From the NCBI GenBank assembly GCA_024137785.1, contig JAHRHZ010000050.1, positions 13,480,978 through 13,544,977 of the forward strand: a stretch of DNA of 64,000 bases, read 5' to 3'. Positions 12,763 through 26,036 of this stretch are shown here, one piece after another. Within the stretch, counting starts at the first letter, position 1. Every line of letters begins with the position of its first letter. Below the pieces are notes generated by a model. It worked only from the letters and a program-made list of their open reading frames with translations, was not told the DNA's origin and made no database searches. The DNA comes from Ginglymostoma cirratum. Its lineage: Eukaryota. The translations under genes and the position numbers were made by a program.

Positions 12763-13489
12763 AGAACAAAGAACAAAAGGACAAAGAAAATTACAGCACA
12801 GGAACAGGCCCTTCGGCCCTCCAAGCCTGCGCCGATCCAGATCCTCTATCTAAACCTGTCACCTATTTTCCAAGGATCTGTACCCCTCTGCTCCCTGCCC
12901 ATTCATGTACCTGTCTAGATACGTCTTAAATGACGCTATCATGCCCGCCTCTACCACCTCCGCTGGCAACGTGTTCCAGGCACCCACCACCCTCTGCGTA
13001 AAGAACTTTCCACACATGTCTCCCTTAAACTTTTCCCCTCTCACCTTGAAATCGTGACCCCTAGGAATTAAGTCCCCCACACTGGGAAAAAGCTTCTTGC
13101 TATCCACCCTGTCTATACCTCTCATGATTTTGTAGACCTCAATCAGGTCCCCCCTCAACCTCCGTCTTTCTAATGTAAATAATCCTAATCTACTCAACCT
13201 CTCTTCATAGCTAGCACCCTCCATACCAGGCAACATCTTGGTGAACCTCCTCTGCACCCTCTCCAAAGCATCCACATCCTTTTGGTAATGTGATGACCAG
13301 AACTGTACGCAGTTTGGATTGGTCAAACCAAAGTCCTATACAACTGTAACATGACCTGCCAACTCTTGTACCCAATACCCCGTCCAATGAATGAAAGCAT
13401 GCCGTGTGCCTTCTTGACCACTCTATTGACCTGCATTGCCACCTTCAGGGTACAATAGACCTGAACATCCAGATCTCTCTGTGCATCAA
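12763..13489 (-). mobile_element. Young 5'-truncated CR1 LINE
   Basis: ORF 12859-13326 has the CR1 ORF2 C-terminus (CVQFWSSHYQKDVDALERVQRRFTKMLPG...LRGDLIEVYKIMRG...FFTQRVVGAWN); short tandem tail (agaacaa) at the 3' end. Confidence 0.93.
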
Positions 13490-15950
13490 GAACTGTTAAG
13501 GATTTCTTGCTTTTCCCCTGAGAGGTTGGCCTGGTAAAATCACGCCCTGAAGCAGGTTTTGCACAGATAATGAGAAGATTTTCAGATAGGGGAAAATATG
13601 TGAATTTAATCTGGTCTGCTTTCTTCAGTCACAAAGAAATAGTTATAGAATTGTTAGAATACCTTTTCTAGTGTTGTAATTGGAGCTAACGTCCAGTCCA
13701 TTTTATTTTCTTAGCTGCTTCATTGTAACTAGTAATGTAAAGCACCATTATCTCCAGAAAAACCCAACACAATACACTCTACCATATTAAGTCAGGAATT
13801 GGAATAAGAAGTGGATAAATTTTGTCAAAAAAGTTTATGTCATGTATGTCTTGAGGGATAATTGGGGATGTCTTGGCACTCCTTTGAAAATTAACCAAGT
13901 TGGACCTGTATAGCGCCAAGAATCACCAAGTTACTTTGATAAATGTTACTCATGTTAGGACAGCAGAATTCTAAACCTCCCTGACATAAGCAAGGGAATG
14001 AAAAAGATTTAACTGTCTGTAGACTTCTGGGAAGTCAGACACTGATTATAACTCTTATTGTTATTCATTTAGAATCTGAGTTGTTAATACTTTCAGGGAT
14101 TTTGATTTGTATTTCTCAGTCAATGGCTAAAAAACAAATCCAGATTATGCAGTTGTTCCCATGAAGACTTCGCTTCTTAATCTACAGGTATTACACAACC
14201 CAATGCCTTAACAATACAAAGTCAGATTCCCATTCCTCCTAGAGGGAATCCAGATGCTTCCGAGAAGCGGTGTTCCTCCCCAAGCCTGGCCTCCAGCAAT
14301 CAAGTGGTACAGCAATTTAATTTTTTCTGTCATCAGACGCTACTCGCACCAACTTGGAGCAGATAGCCATGATTGTTGGTGGCTGGAGAGTTGTGAAGCA
14401 CAATTTTTATTCAGGTGGAGGGGGGAAGCAAGGATATCATCTATCAGGAGAGATTCTCAATTTTACAAGTGATGGCAAAGGCATTGGGTGAGCTACCTAC
14501 CTGTGGCCTAATTTATGCCCTTCAGTGGGCAATGAGTAGTTATATTTAATGGCTTACATGATAGGTCTGCCCATAATATGCAGCAAGCAAAATTGTGCAT
14601 AGGAGTTGCTAGCCAATGAAAGGGCCTTGCCTTCTTTCGAGGTCCCTGGTGCCAATTGAAGTGCCCCTTTACCATTTTTCCTCTAATCCACCATGCCCCA
14701 CTTCCCTGTTCAATATGCCCCCATCCACCCCACTAAGACCATCAGCTCTGATTGGACATATTCCTGGAGGCTTCATCATATGTCTCTCCCTGCTTTCAAC
14801 CATCCCACCATCCCAATCCATTGCCAGTATCTTTAATATAATAAATCAAAAGTATGCAAAGGAAACGGACAATTACTTTTGTTTCTTTTTTGTGACATTT
14901 TTTGAGTTTGCTCAAAACAGTCTCCAGGAGATTAATCTTGGATTCCTGGGAGACTTTTAATCTTGAATTCCTGGAGACTCTTCAACGATCCCAAAGGATT
15001 GATAACTGTAACCCTTACTCCTTTTACCCCTGACCAAGGCCTGCCAGTACAAGATCCCAGCTTTGGCTTGACATCTAGGCCCATCACTGAAATGCCTCTT
15101 CCTTTATCTAACTGGTGGCACTTCTTCCTGGACAGGAACAGAGACAGAAATCTCACCTCAAATAAATTAAAGGCCCTTCATCCAAAAAAATGAGCTAGCC
15201 CACTGGAAGTGGGCTTGGACTTGACATTTCTGCTGCAATGCAGGGAGCAGAGAGCTCTTTTTTAGCAGGCAATCTCAACACATAGACTATTTGCAGTAAT
15301 AGTGCATTGGTGCAGACAGCATTGTGAAGCTAGTCGAATGAAATAAAAATCAACAGAACCTTCTGGAATACATTTAATATAAGACAATTATCCTGCTTAT
15401 GCCTGTCTCAAATGGAACCCTTATAAGACTGTATTTCTGTGTTATTCTACTCCTGAGACTGTGCAAGAGAATGTTTAATATAAAAATCACCTTGGGAACA
15501 ATATCACCACTGCCAACTTGACATTGCTGAACTGGTTGGCTCCTGCAGTAGTAATGCTATTGTAACACAAATTTTGATAAGTTGTTTGCTTTTATGCCAT
15601 CAGCATAAATCTCTAAGTCAAGCTAATATAACAAAATAATGATCTTTCTCTCTGATCGGGAGAGAAGCAATTGGTTAAACATTACTTCAATCAAGTTTTA
15701 TTTTGCATGAAAGGGAATTATATTTCCCATGCAACATGGTATTTGTATGTGCAGCTCTAACAGATGAATTTCTTCTGGACCAAGCAGGGAGTTCATTGGG
15801 GATTGGCTATTCACGTTAACATTAACAACTATCCATGTGATGTTGTCTGAGTCAACATGAGTATTGATAAGAGGATGAGCGTGGACCACCAGTGCTGTAT
15901 GCTTTCCTGTGGGAGTGTACTTTCAACAACAAATTATGTTTTCTCTCCAG

Positions 15951-16022
15951 ACGGCTGGAGCAAAACTCAATCAAAACCATCCCTCCTGGAGCCTTCTCAC
16001 CCTACAAGAGACTGCGAAGAAT
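15951..16022 (+). CDS. slit2: Slit2 coding exon (exon 10 orthologue), one LRR
   Basis: 72 nt, ttctctccAG / GTGAGT; [24 protein letters not shown]. Confidence 0.97.
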
Positions 16023-18678
16023 GTGAGTAGAAGAAAATGTATTACAAATCTTTAGAAGATTATTCAGCATTCATTCCATTAGTAATGTTAAGTGTTTTGG
16101 CAATTTGTAGGTTGTATTGGCTGACTGGGCTATCTGATTTACAGCTTAAAGCTTTCAATGTGTTATTCAATTTGCAAAGTTTTTTGTGTGTTTTATTCAT
16201 GAAAAGTTATGAAATTGAAAACCTTCATTACTCTCCTAAAGACCTTCCCATCTTATATGCCTCTTCCCGCCCAACTAATGCACTGAAAGGTGCCAAAAAC
16301 ACTTTGATCATTAGTTCAAAGGATTTTCTTCATATGAGCCTGCTCAGGATGGATGCAATTGAAAACTTTGAAACCTATAAACATAGCCTCAACTCGTTTC
16401 CATTTTCTGAATTTCATGGAGGTAGGCTTTAGGGAACAGGCAATGAACTTCCTCTCAAGGTCATTTAAATATGATAATTAAGCTCATGCCTCAAATTTTA
16501 CCTTTTACATTTAATTGCTACAATCTCACTTTCTCAGAGATTGGCAAACAGAACACTGCAGCTGAGGGCTGGTTAAACTGGTTAAATCTTGTGGCCAGTT
16601 GCCTTTCCAGAACTGTTTGTAGACCAGGAGGACAAGGCATGCTGTCCTCCAGTTGTTCAAGCAAACCTGGTTCCCATTCCATGAAAGACTTTCACTGGGA
16701 CCAGAATCCATTCCTCATCCTGCTTGCTGACCCAGCCTCGTCATCCAAAATTCCTCCAACCTTCCATTCCAACCATTGAGTAATAACACCCTGAGACATT
16801 GTTCTCCCTAGAATCAAACGGCCTCACAAACTGAGACAACCATTTTGTCATTCGGAAATTTTGAATAATTTATACTTAACATGGTGAGAGTTGATGTCTG
16901 AGACCCCAGAAGATATTATCAATGAATTCCTGGGAATGGATTTTGTGATCTCCATCCCCAGGAGGCGTGTTTTTTGGGTGAATCGCTCAGGTGGCTATCC
17001 TACTGCTTTCTTGTTCATTCCTGACCCATTCCCCATGTTACACAGGATCAGTAATGTGCTCACTAATCTCAGTCAACCTTAAACCTATTGAGAACCTTGG
17101 GAAGCCATTTATTACAAACTTAAAGCTTGAATCCATTTCCATTGTTGTAAAATACTAGGCAGTTGGAGGCAAGCGAGAGAGTAAAACCTGTTTCTTTTAA
17201 ACGACTTTGTGGAAAAGGCAGGAAAGGCAGGGAAGGGGAACATCATTCAGGGTGTGCCCTGGCTTCACACACATCAGGTGTCAAACCCCTCCAAAATGTT
17301 ACCTACTCTGTTCCTTTCCAAAGGTTTCCAAATCCTGTGTTCCTCCCTGTACTCCCTGTCCTCTCCCCACCTAATATCTATGACTTACTCCTGTCTGGGA
17401 TCCATGTTTGTTTTCCCCCATAGTGCCCACCATTAGATTCTGTTGCTGCTGGGACTCCTTCAGATGCCGGCCAAGCAGATGGTCAGTAGCTTTGGAGAGC
17501 GGGACGTTCTCCAACTGTTTGGTGCCAGTCCAACAACTATTGTGTTAAAAACCACTTGCTTATCTATGACTCTTATGAGAGACTTTTTTTGAAGAGGTTC
17601 AATTTAGGAACGTCTTTCCTTCCCTGGGAGAGGAGAGAGTGAACTCCCCACTACCACTTGCCCCATGAAATCCAGTCCATGATCATCTAAAACAACTGTG
17701 GAAGATTAGTGTGCGACCAACTCCAGACATTTTATTTTGTACTAAAAGGTGTATTTTAGAAGGGGAGAGATAAGAAAAGTCATTGACATTTGCAGGTTGT
17801 GTAGTCATTATTCCCAAAAAAACAAAAATAGCATCTAAAAGTTCAATTCAAATGAGAAAACCTTCTTATATTGGAAACAGTTAATAATGTGATGCACTGG
17901 CCATGAATCCTAGTCACCAATGCATGCATTAACAATAGTAAAACTCATCATAAGCTGTGAAGCAGACACCATAGCAAACCAACTGATTCATGTGCATAGC
18001 TCGCATTCCCACAGGCCACTGCCTGCCAGGGCAGAATATCAGTATTTTATATATATATAGTACATGACATCTTCAAAGGCAAAGTACAATATCTCCATTC
18101 ATTCCAAAAAAGTTAAACAATGCAAAACATGTTTAAGGCATTGGTGGTGCCTGTTGTGTAAAGGCTTTATGACCATGGAGCAATCTTGTGATAATGTCGT
18201 AGGGGTACTTCTCACTGGCTATATATAACATAGTGCTGACAGGGTTAAGTAAATTGAAGAGCAACACACATGGAGAGCTAGGCAGAAATCTGAAGTCTAG
18301 CTACGTGATTGAGAGAAACATGTGCAGGGAAGCAAGTGGAATAGAAAGCCTGGCATTAGGAAGTGGAGTTCATGGAATAGCCCTTTAATAATGAAACAGT
18401 ACAAATGCAGCGTGCTATATAATTCTCTCCACACCATGTATTGTAGTATTCAATCTTAATACGTAGTAAACACTGTAATAAAGAAGTCCAAGCCTAACGA
18501 TAGTTCTTGACCTTGCTCTCTCTTTTGATCAGTCTGTTTTGAAAACAAAAACCATACAAGAAAAGGTGGAATGTGTTCAGTATGTGTGAGCCAGTTGTGT
18601 TCACTTGAATATACAGTACCTTTTTAAGATAGTAGTTTACATTTGAATGACTTATGAAGACCCTGTTTTTCTTTTCAG

Positions 18679-18750
18679 AGACCTGAGCAACAACCACATT
18701 TCAGAAATTGCACCGGATGCTTTCCAGGGACTGAGGTCACTTAACTCCCT
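18679..18750 (+). CDS. slit2: Slit2 coding exon (exon 11 orthologue), one LRR
   Basis: 72 nt, cttttcAG / GTAAGT; [24 protein letters not shown]. Confidence 0.97.
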
Positions 18751-20109
18751 GTAAGTTTCTTGGAAATTTGTAGGACTGCTGGAGTTTACTTGTTTTGAGA
18801 GTAACTAATTTTCCTTATGACATGTTTAACAAGTTTGACATGTAAAAAAAATGTTTGCCAGTTGTGCATTTTAAATTACCTTAGTATTGTAACACGAAAT
18901 TTATACTAATTACATATATCAACCAGACTCCAAATTATATATGGGTTCAACAAGCAATTGCACTAAGATGGGTATTTTCATTTTAATTACCATTTTTTGA
19001 TTCTCCATTTAGCCCTAACTAAACATATTTGTCACAATGTTTTGATTACAGCACGTATATATAGACATTAAGAAATCAAACGCTATGTGGAAGTCTGGAT
19101 CCATGGGTGTGTGGGAGAGGAGGAAGGCTTAAATTACGGGACATGAGAGCAGTTTTGCTCATTCTATGTTCGGTTAAACCAAAAGGAATTTTCCAACAGA
19201 GGTTCAAAACTTCCGTAAATAACTTCAGCAACATTGTAGCCACAATGCCTAAGTGAAGCTGGTGCCTGCGGTTCGGGGGAGTTTTACACATGCCAACGTG
19301 AAAAACAACTGGTGGCAGCTCACGTTAGCATGAGCTTCGTTTTTGAATAGCATTTTTATGTATCTCTCTCTCTGTCTCCCTTTCCTTTAAGGATTAGGGT
19401 TCATTAACCTTTCCTCCAATATCTGATTCTGTTCACTCAGTGTTGAAAGGGTAAAGCAGACTGTGCCTGTTTGGATCAGCAGATTTCCATTTTCCGTGAT
19501 GGAAAATGATATTCTGTAATTTTGATTTAATTCTGTAATTTCTGTTGTTTTGAATGTTAAATTGTACAAATGGGCTGTTAGCCACCGGACCCTGGAGCTT
19601 GTCTGAACAAAGGAAACACAATCAACTCTGGCTGGAAAGGCTGCACAGTGTCTCCTCTTAGTAAAACACATTGCAAAGTGTGAAGAAGACAAAGATGAAA
19701 CGCATGCAGTGAAAGCATTCAGAAGGATATAAAATGGCTAGGGATAGCAATGGAGACACAGAAACTGGGAAGATGTCTTATGAAAGCCATAAAATAGGAT
19801 TCAAAAAGAAATGGACAGACCTATCCCCCCTGAAATCAGTTTACCCAAAGAAATATGAGTGGGCTGTTCAAGAGTAGTGACTGATCTGGCCACACATTGG
19901 CATTGTACCTTGGTTCTGTTTTCTAATCTTTCCTGATTCATTATCCATGTCTTTGCACGAATTAGTTGCATTTGGAGAAAAGTCCTGGGTTTGACTTGTC
20001 CTCCATGTTTTCCTTCCTGCATTTCATACAGACAGTTGACTGGCCACTTCCTGCCACATGCCTGAGTGCGTACAGCTGAGAGTCTGCATGATGCCAGCAC
20101 AATGATACC

Positions 20110-20900
20110 CAAAATAAATACATCTGGGCAATAGAACAGAATGCAGAATATAGTGCTAGAGTTACAGGGAAGGTGCAGAGAAAGATCAACTCTAATATGT
20201 GAGAGGTCTGTTCATAAATCTGATAACAACAGGGATGAAGCTGTTCTTTAATCTGTTGGTATGTTTTTTCAAACCTTTGTATCTTCTGCCTGGTGGAAGG
20301 GGGTGAAAGAGAGTATAACCAGGGTGGGATGGTTTTTCATTATATTGGCTGCTTTCCTGAGGCAGCGGGAAGTGTAGACGGAGTCAATGGAAGGAAGATT
20401 AGTTTTTCTGATGGACTAGGATGCTCTCATAACTCTCTGTAATCTCTTGCCATACAAAGCTGTGATGCATTCAGATAGGATACTTTCTGTGTTGCATCCA
20501 TAAATATTGATAAGAGTCATTGTGGACATGCTAGATTTTCTTAGGCTTCTTTGGAAGTAGAGACCTTGGTATGCTTTCTTGACTGTATTATCGACATGGA
20601 TGGACCAGGATAGATTGTCGGTGATGCTTACACCTTGGCACTTCAAGCTGTCAACTATCTCCACCTCAGCGGCATTGATACAGACAGGGACGTGTATTCG
20701 ACTCCACTTCCTGATGTCAGTCACCAGCACAGGGTGCACATGTGGCACAGGGTTGGTAGTGGTCTTCTTGAAGCAAATGGGAACCTCAGATCGGAGTAAG
20801 GAGAGGTTAAACATGGCGGAAAATACTCCCACTAGCTGGCCCCACAGGATCTGAGTGCACGGCCGGGGACTCCATCTGGACCCGCTATGATCCACTTGTT
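20110..20900 (-). mobile_element. Rex1/Babar-type non-LTR retrotransposon remnant with the RT core deleted
   Basis: ORF 20416-20943 joins QLVGVFSAMFNLSL..VPICFKKTT.NPVP (pre-RT) directly to KKAYQGLYF.RSLRK...ESILSECITALYG (C-terminal Rex/Babar motifs). Confidence 0.8.
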
Positions 20901-21504
20901 CAAGGGACTTCAGCTTAGCCGCCTTTGTGGGAGTCCACGCCATTACTCAAACTAATTTAGTTTGGTTTGTGTGGTGAGTTCACGATTTCTTTTTGAAATG
21001 CTGCAATAGATGAGTTTGTTGACTGTTAGAATTAGACAGATTTGCTGGCTGTCTGTCGTGCCACCCTTTCAAGCAAATGCTTGTAGCACCATGGTGATAA
21101 AACACAAAGTTATAACTACCTTTCTGCCTGTACTAGTGCTGACTACAGTTTTACAGCCTCTTGAACTTGGAGAGAAGCTGGCTAGTTACGTTGTCAACAT
21201 CCTCCTCTCTTGTGCCAGCCCTTGTTGTAAGTGAAATTGAGCAGGCCAAAACCAAAAGTAGTTTGGGATTATAACCAGACAAGGCAATGATTATTACAGA
21301 CAGAACCTCCCTATTTATCATATACAATACAGGATGCTGCATTTCTTTCTTTCCAGTGCAGGATGCCTGCACGATTTCCAAAGAGGCAACAGGTTTTAAT
21401 GCTACCCATTCCAGTATCATGCTGCTTTTAAACCCTTTGCTGTTTGACCAGCACCATTCTGTTAATAGGTCACACAGTTTCACAAAGATTGCAGATTTTG
21501 TTTT

Positions 21505-22408
21505 TTTTATTCATTCCCAGGATGTGACAATAAGATTATAAAAAATAGGAACAGATTTATGTATTCAACCCATCAAATCTGCCCTACCATTCAATCGTAG
21601 CTGATATGTTTCTCAACTTCATTCTCCTATCATCTCCCTGTTTGCCTTGATTCCCTTACTAATCGAGAACAAATCTATCTCTGTCTTAAATACACTCAAT
21701 GACTTGGCTTCCACAGCCTTCTGCAGTAATGAATTCTTCAGATTTATCGCCCTGTGACTGAAGAAATTCCCTTCATCTCAATTCTAAAGATTGTTCCCTT
21801 CACTCTAAGGCTGTGTCCTGGGGTTCCTGTCTCTTCTACTAATGGAAACATCTTCTCCTTGTACATGCCATTCTGGCATCTCAGTATTCTGTAGGTTTCA
21901 ATGAGATTCCTCCCCCCCCCCATTCTTCTACCCTCCATCGAGTATAGACCCAGAGTCCTCAGTTGCCCCTGATATGACAAGCCGTTCATTCCTGAGGTCA
22001 TTCTTGTAAAGCTCCTCTGGACCCTTTCCAAAAACAGTACATCCTTCCTTAGATATGGGGCCTAAAACTGCTGGACATCACTGGTCAGGCCAGCATTTAT
22101 TACCGATCCCTAATTGTCCAAAGGGCAGTTAAGAGTGAATCACATTGCTGTCGGTCTGGAGACAGATGTAGGCTAGACCAGGCAAGGACAGCAGTTTCCT
22201 TCCCTAAAGGACATAGGTAAACCAGATGTTTTTTTCCTGACAATCAACAATGGTTTCACGGTGACCTTTAGATTCTTAATTCCAGATATTTATTGAATTC
22301 AAATTCCACCATCTGCCTTTGCGGATTCACACTCCGGTCCCCAGAACATTACCTGGGTCACTGGTTGAATAGTCCACCGATAATACCACTAGGGCCATCA
22401 CCTACCCT
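21505..22408 (-). mobile_element. tRNA-derived SINE split by a CR1 insertion
   Basis: The 3' piece ttcattcccaggatgtg (to 21526) continues at 22073 as gacatcactggtcaggccagcatttatt; A/B-box-like head near 22320-22405 on the minus strand. Confidence 0.7.
21527..22072 (-). mobile_element. CR1 LINE 3' fragment nested in a SINE
   Basis: ORF 21744-22031 MERVQRSFTRM...LGLYSME.RR...LIETYRIL (CR1 ORF2 tail), followed by a CR1 3' UTR. Confidence 0.85.
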
Positions 22409-25151
22409 GCCGTCGGTGCACAGAGCCTTGGCTCCATTTCTAGTCGGGCTTAAATACTAGAAACAGCTCAACGAACCAAAAATGCGGTAATTCAGACTAC
22501 ATATGGTTTAGATATATTTTACAAAATGCTAAATGTTAAGATACCACAATTTTAAATTATGCTAGGGTTTATTGCAGGCAATTGAGAATTATATTTATAG
22601 ATGTTATGGATGAAATTGCATGAATGAGGCAAGACCGAGGCGGATGTGGTTTGCATGCCAACGTTTCCTTCAGCAAAAGTCTTACAGGAACTGCAAACAG
22701 CCACTTTGATGTTCTGTAAAAGTTAGTTGACACCTACAAAAAAAAGTTGTAAATAAACCTTGGAGACTTAATGCTGCCTTTATTGCTTATCTTTGTTCAT
22801 TATTCATTGTTTTTAATCTGTGGCCATGTTCCAATCTCTAGCTGACAAGGGCTACAAACTACTGTTCATTCATAAAAAAAATACAGGGGCCAAACTTTTT
22901 TGTTGTGTGTAATGTCCCAATATCTCTGAAGTGACAATTTGCCACCTAGCCTTAGCAAAATGATACTCTCCTTTGCAAACTAATGATAATATGACTAGTC
23001 TTCAATACCACTCCAACCATTTCAGAGTGCTTTTCATTGAAAGACAAGATTGTTTAATTTGATTTACCAGTTTTCTTTCAAAACTCTGCTTCACATGGTT
23101 AAGATTAGCTTCTTTAAATATCATCATCTATCTGGGTTTTAGTTAATGAGACATTTCTTTATAAAGGACATTTTATCAAGGTCTAATTAATTGATCCCTC
23201 CTATTTTAATCAATGCTGACAGGTCATACTACAGGGAGAGTTCAGTCACTGGAGTGTCGCAATGATTAGGCTTCAGTTAAATTAGGATGGTTAATAAAGA
23301 TTGGAGTATGTGAGAAAGAGTGCTATATTATGTGACACTGCGGGTTAGATTGTATAGGAGAGTTGTACAACACTGCACTCAGGCTTGGCCTTTTATTTTT
23401 ATAGCTGTATAAGTGGTAATATGGAAAACTGGAATCTATGTATAAAGTTTAAATCCATGTTCCATTTAATTTGTATCAAATTGATCATGCAAAAAGATCA
23501 TGATACTTCAATTTAGGATTGTTTAACACTAAAGCAACTAATAAAATGTCTTTTCCAAACCGCAAACTCAAAAAAGTTCATCATATCATTGTATGTAGAC
23601 AGACTTTTACAGCTTAACGCCATCACATGTCGTCTTCAAGGCTCTCATATTTTACGTTGAATCTGAATGTCAAGCTGAAAACACAGAGAAGCTGATTTAC
23701 ACTTCAGAACAAAGCCACAGTTAGAGACGATAACCAGACAATGCAACGATTATTACCAACAGGGACTCCCTGCGCATCACGTTCAATACACAACTTTGCA
23801 CTGTTTTTCTTTCAGAACAATACCTGGAACACTTACAGAGTCGACAACTTTCAATGCTACACATTGCTATCCCACACTCCTTTGAACCCTTTTCTGCGTG
23901 ACTAGGGTTCGGTGATGGCTCAGTATTTGCAAACTTGCGAACGACCAATAAATATAACATTTATAGACAATTGAAAATGCCCCATCTGTCAAAACCAATT
24001 CAAATTTCAGTTTTTAAGTGATTCTGTCAGATGACACTGAAGTTTGGGCTATGTAGGAGAGACTACTGTTATAATGTGTTAAAATTTTCAGTCTAGTTCA
24101 CGTCTACGTACAGAGGACTCTTTAAACGTGATTCCATTCTTTGGTTCAGTTGAGTAACTATAGCATTATTGGTTACGGTAGTTGGTTATGTTTCTGAACT
24201 AATAATGCAAATGCCTAGACTAATAAGAGATTATGGTCACAATCCCAATATGATGCTTTTCAAAATTGGTATTTCATTAAATGTAATTTTGCAAATACAG
24301 AAATGTTGATATACGTGAAATTTGTTCACTGTAGCTCTTAAAGCCAATCTGACTTATGTCATAGACATTTACTGTATGTTGAGTTGAGACTTCTTTCCTT
24401 AGCCCAGAGGATATCCCATCTCAAGAAATTTCAGTCAGTGTTCTAATTGACTAGAAGGTCTCAGCAGTGAAACCAGAAACAGTGGCTACTGCAAGGAATA
24501 TACCTAGTCCCTGAGTCTAAATGTTAAGGGCCCCAGGACACTAGTAAATGGTTTAGGAGAGGGTGCATGCATAGCAGTTATGGTAGGGATGTGGAAGTGG
24601 GAAGGATGACAAGCGAAGGGTGTACTTGGAAAGGATGGTGGTGTAGGGAGCTATCTTTGGGTGATCTGCAGCTCTGTTCATCCTTTTCTGCTCAAAGCTT
24701 GAGCGGGCCAGCCTGCTGAGTGTTTCCTCATCGTTGGTCTGCACTCACCAGCCTTAAGCTTGCAGCTGGTGACCCTTAATTAGCCATTTAAGGACTAGGC
24801 AGGGGTGGGTTGGTCATCCTAGATCTTGCCCATCCTCTGTAAAAGCTGAGAGAGGTAGGAGGCAGGCAGGTAGGCAAAAGGACAGCAGCCTGGTGAATCC
24901 TATGGGACCTTGCAACAGGGGCTGATAAAATTCTGCCCATTTATATTTACAATCTACAATCAGCCTAGTAAACTACAGATTTGCATCATTCTGCCACAAA
25001 AACTGCAGATTCCAATCGTTCAAGGATGAGAGTTATCACCACGACCCAGGGTGAACTGTAACCAATGATAAATATCAGCCTTGCCTGTAGCAGTGAAGCC
25101 CAATTCCTCATAATCTCTTAATTTGAATGCAATAAATTAATTAAAATAGGT

Positions 25152-25313
25152 AAGAGAGAAACAGTTAATGTTTTGAGTCTAGGAGGATTTTTCTTCTGAA
25201 GAATTCTGAATTGGACTTGAAACGTTAAGCCTGTTTCTCTTTCCATAGACACCAGACCTGCTGAGTTTCTCCAGCATCCTTCAGATTTCCAGCACTTGCA
25301 ATATTTTGCTTTT
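25152..25313. mobile_element. Older Penelope-derived foldback repeat
   Basis: gagagaaacagttaatgttttgagtc is inverted-complementary to gacttgaaacgttaagcctgtttctct; central CTGAAGA...GAAACGTT hammerhead-like core. Confidence 0.6.
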
Positions 25314-25441
25314 AATTAAAATAGTTTCCTGATATGCATCAGCACAAGTGTTTTAAAGAGGTGGGGAAAATACACTGAGAATGCCTACTATTGTTTCATT
25401 ATAGGTTTTAACTGATGGTTTTCTACTTTATTCCTACACAG

Positions 25442-25513
25442 TGTGTTGTATGGAAATAAAATTACAGAGCTGCCTAAAGGCCTTTTTGAGGGACTCTTCT
25501 CTCTGCAGTTACT
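25442..25513 (+). CDS. slit2: Slit2 coding exon (exon 12 orthologue), one LRR
   Basis: 72 nt, ttcctacacAG / GTAAGT; [24 protein letters not shown]. Confidence 0.97.
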
Positions 25514-25877
25514 GTAAGTATGTTTAACAATTTGCTGTGAAACAGTTTGGGAAAGTAAATGTGCAACTTTGGTGATTGTTCTTCAGTTCTTGAAAACTGC
25601 TAGTGGGCTCAATTTTAACTTCCTTGCCTGGGAGAAACTAAGGCGAGGGGTCAGATAAAATGGACATTGGACAGGGAACATATGTGCTATTTTCACAATT
25701 CTGTTTTTACTGCGATTTTAAATGAAGCCAGTGGGGTCGTCTTTTGTATAGAGATCGGGTTCCATTGGTTGTCTGTCTAAGGCCTGAACGGGCTATTACT
25801 GATGCCTTCTCTGTTAGACGTAGACATCAGCGACATCAGCAACATCAGCCAACTAACCCAGCAAAGAAATGTTTCTT

Positions 25878-26036
25878 AGATAATAGGAACTGCAGATGCT
25901 GGAGAATCCGAGATGACAAGGTGTAGAGCTGGATGAACACAGCAGGCCAAGCAGCATCATAGGAGCAGGAAAGCTTAACTGCTCCTGTGATGCTGCTTGG
26001 CCAGATGTGTTCATCCAGCTCTACACCTCGTTATCT
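25878..26036 (-). mobile_element. Foldback element (inverted Penelope-type terminal repeat) with 14-bp TSD
   Basis: Arms ~25911-25968 and ~25979-26036 are inverted repeats; aagaaatgtttctt at 25864-25877 and 26037-26050. Confidence 0.88.

Noticed and set aside
14932-14979. ~24-bp tandem duplication (ttaatcttg.attcctgg.agact)
   Set aside because: A simple local duplication with two units and no further structure.
16200-17420. Possible very old L1/Tx1-like remnant on the minus strand
   Set aside because: Only faint motif hints; I could not reconstruct a convincing RT motif, so it is not annotated.
19289-19332. Small hairpin catgccaacgtga...tcacgttagcatg
   Set aside because: The ~13-bp stem is too short for a miRNA precursor and resembles no known RNA family.
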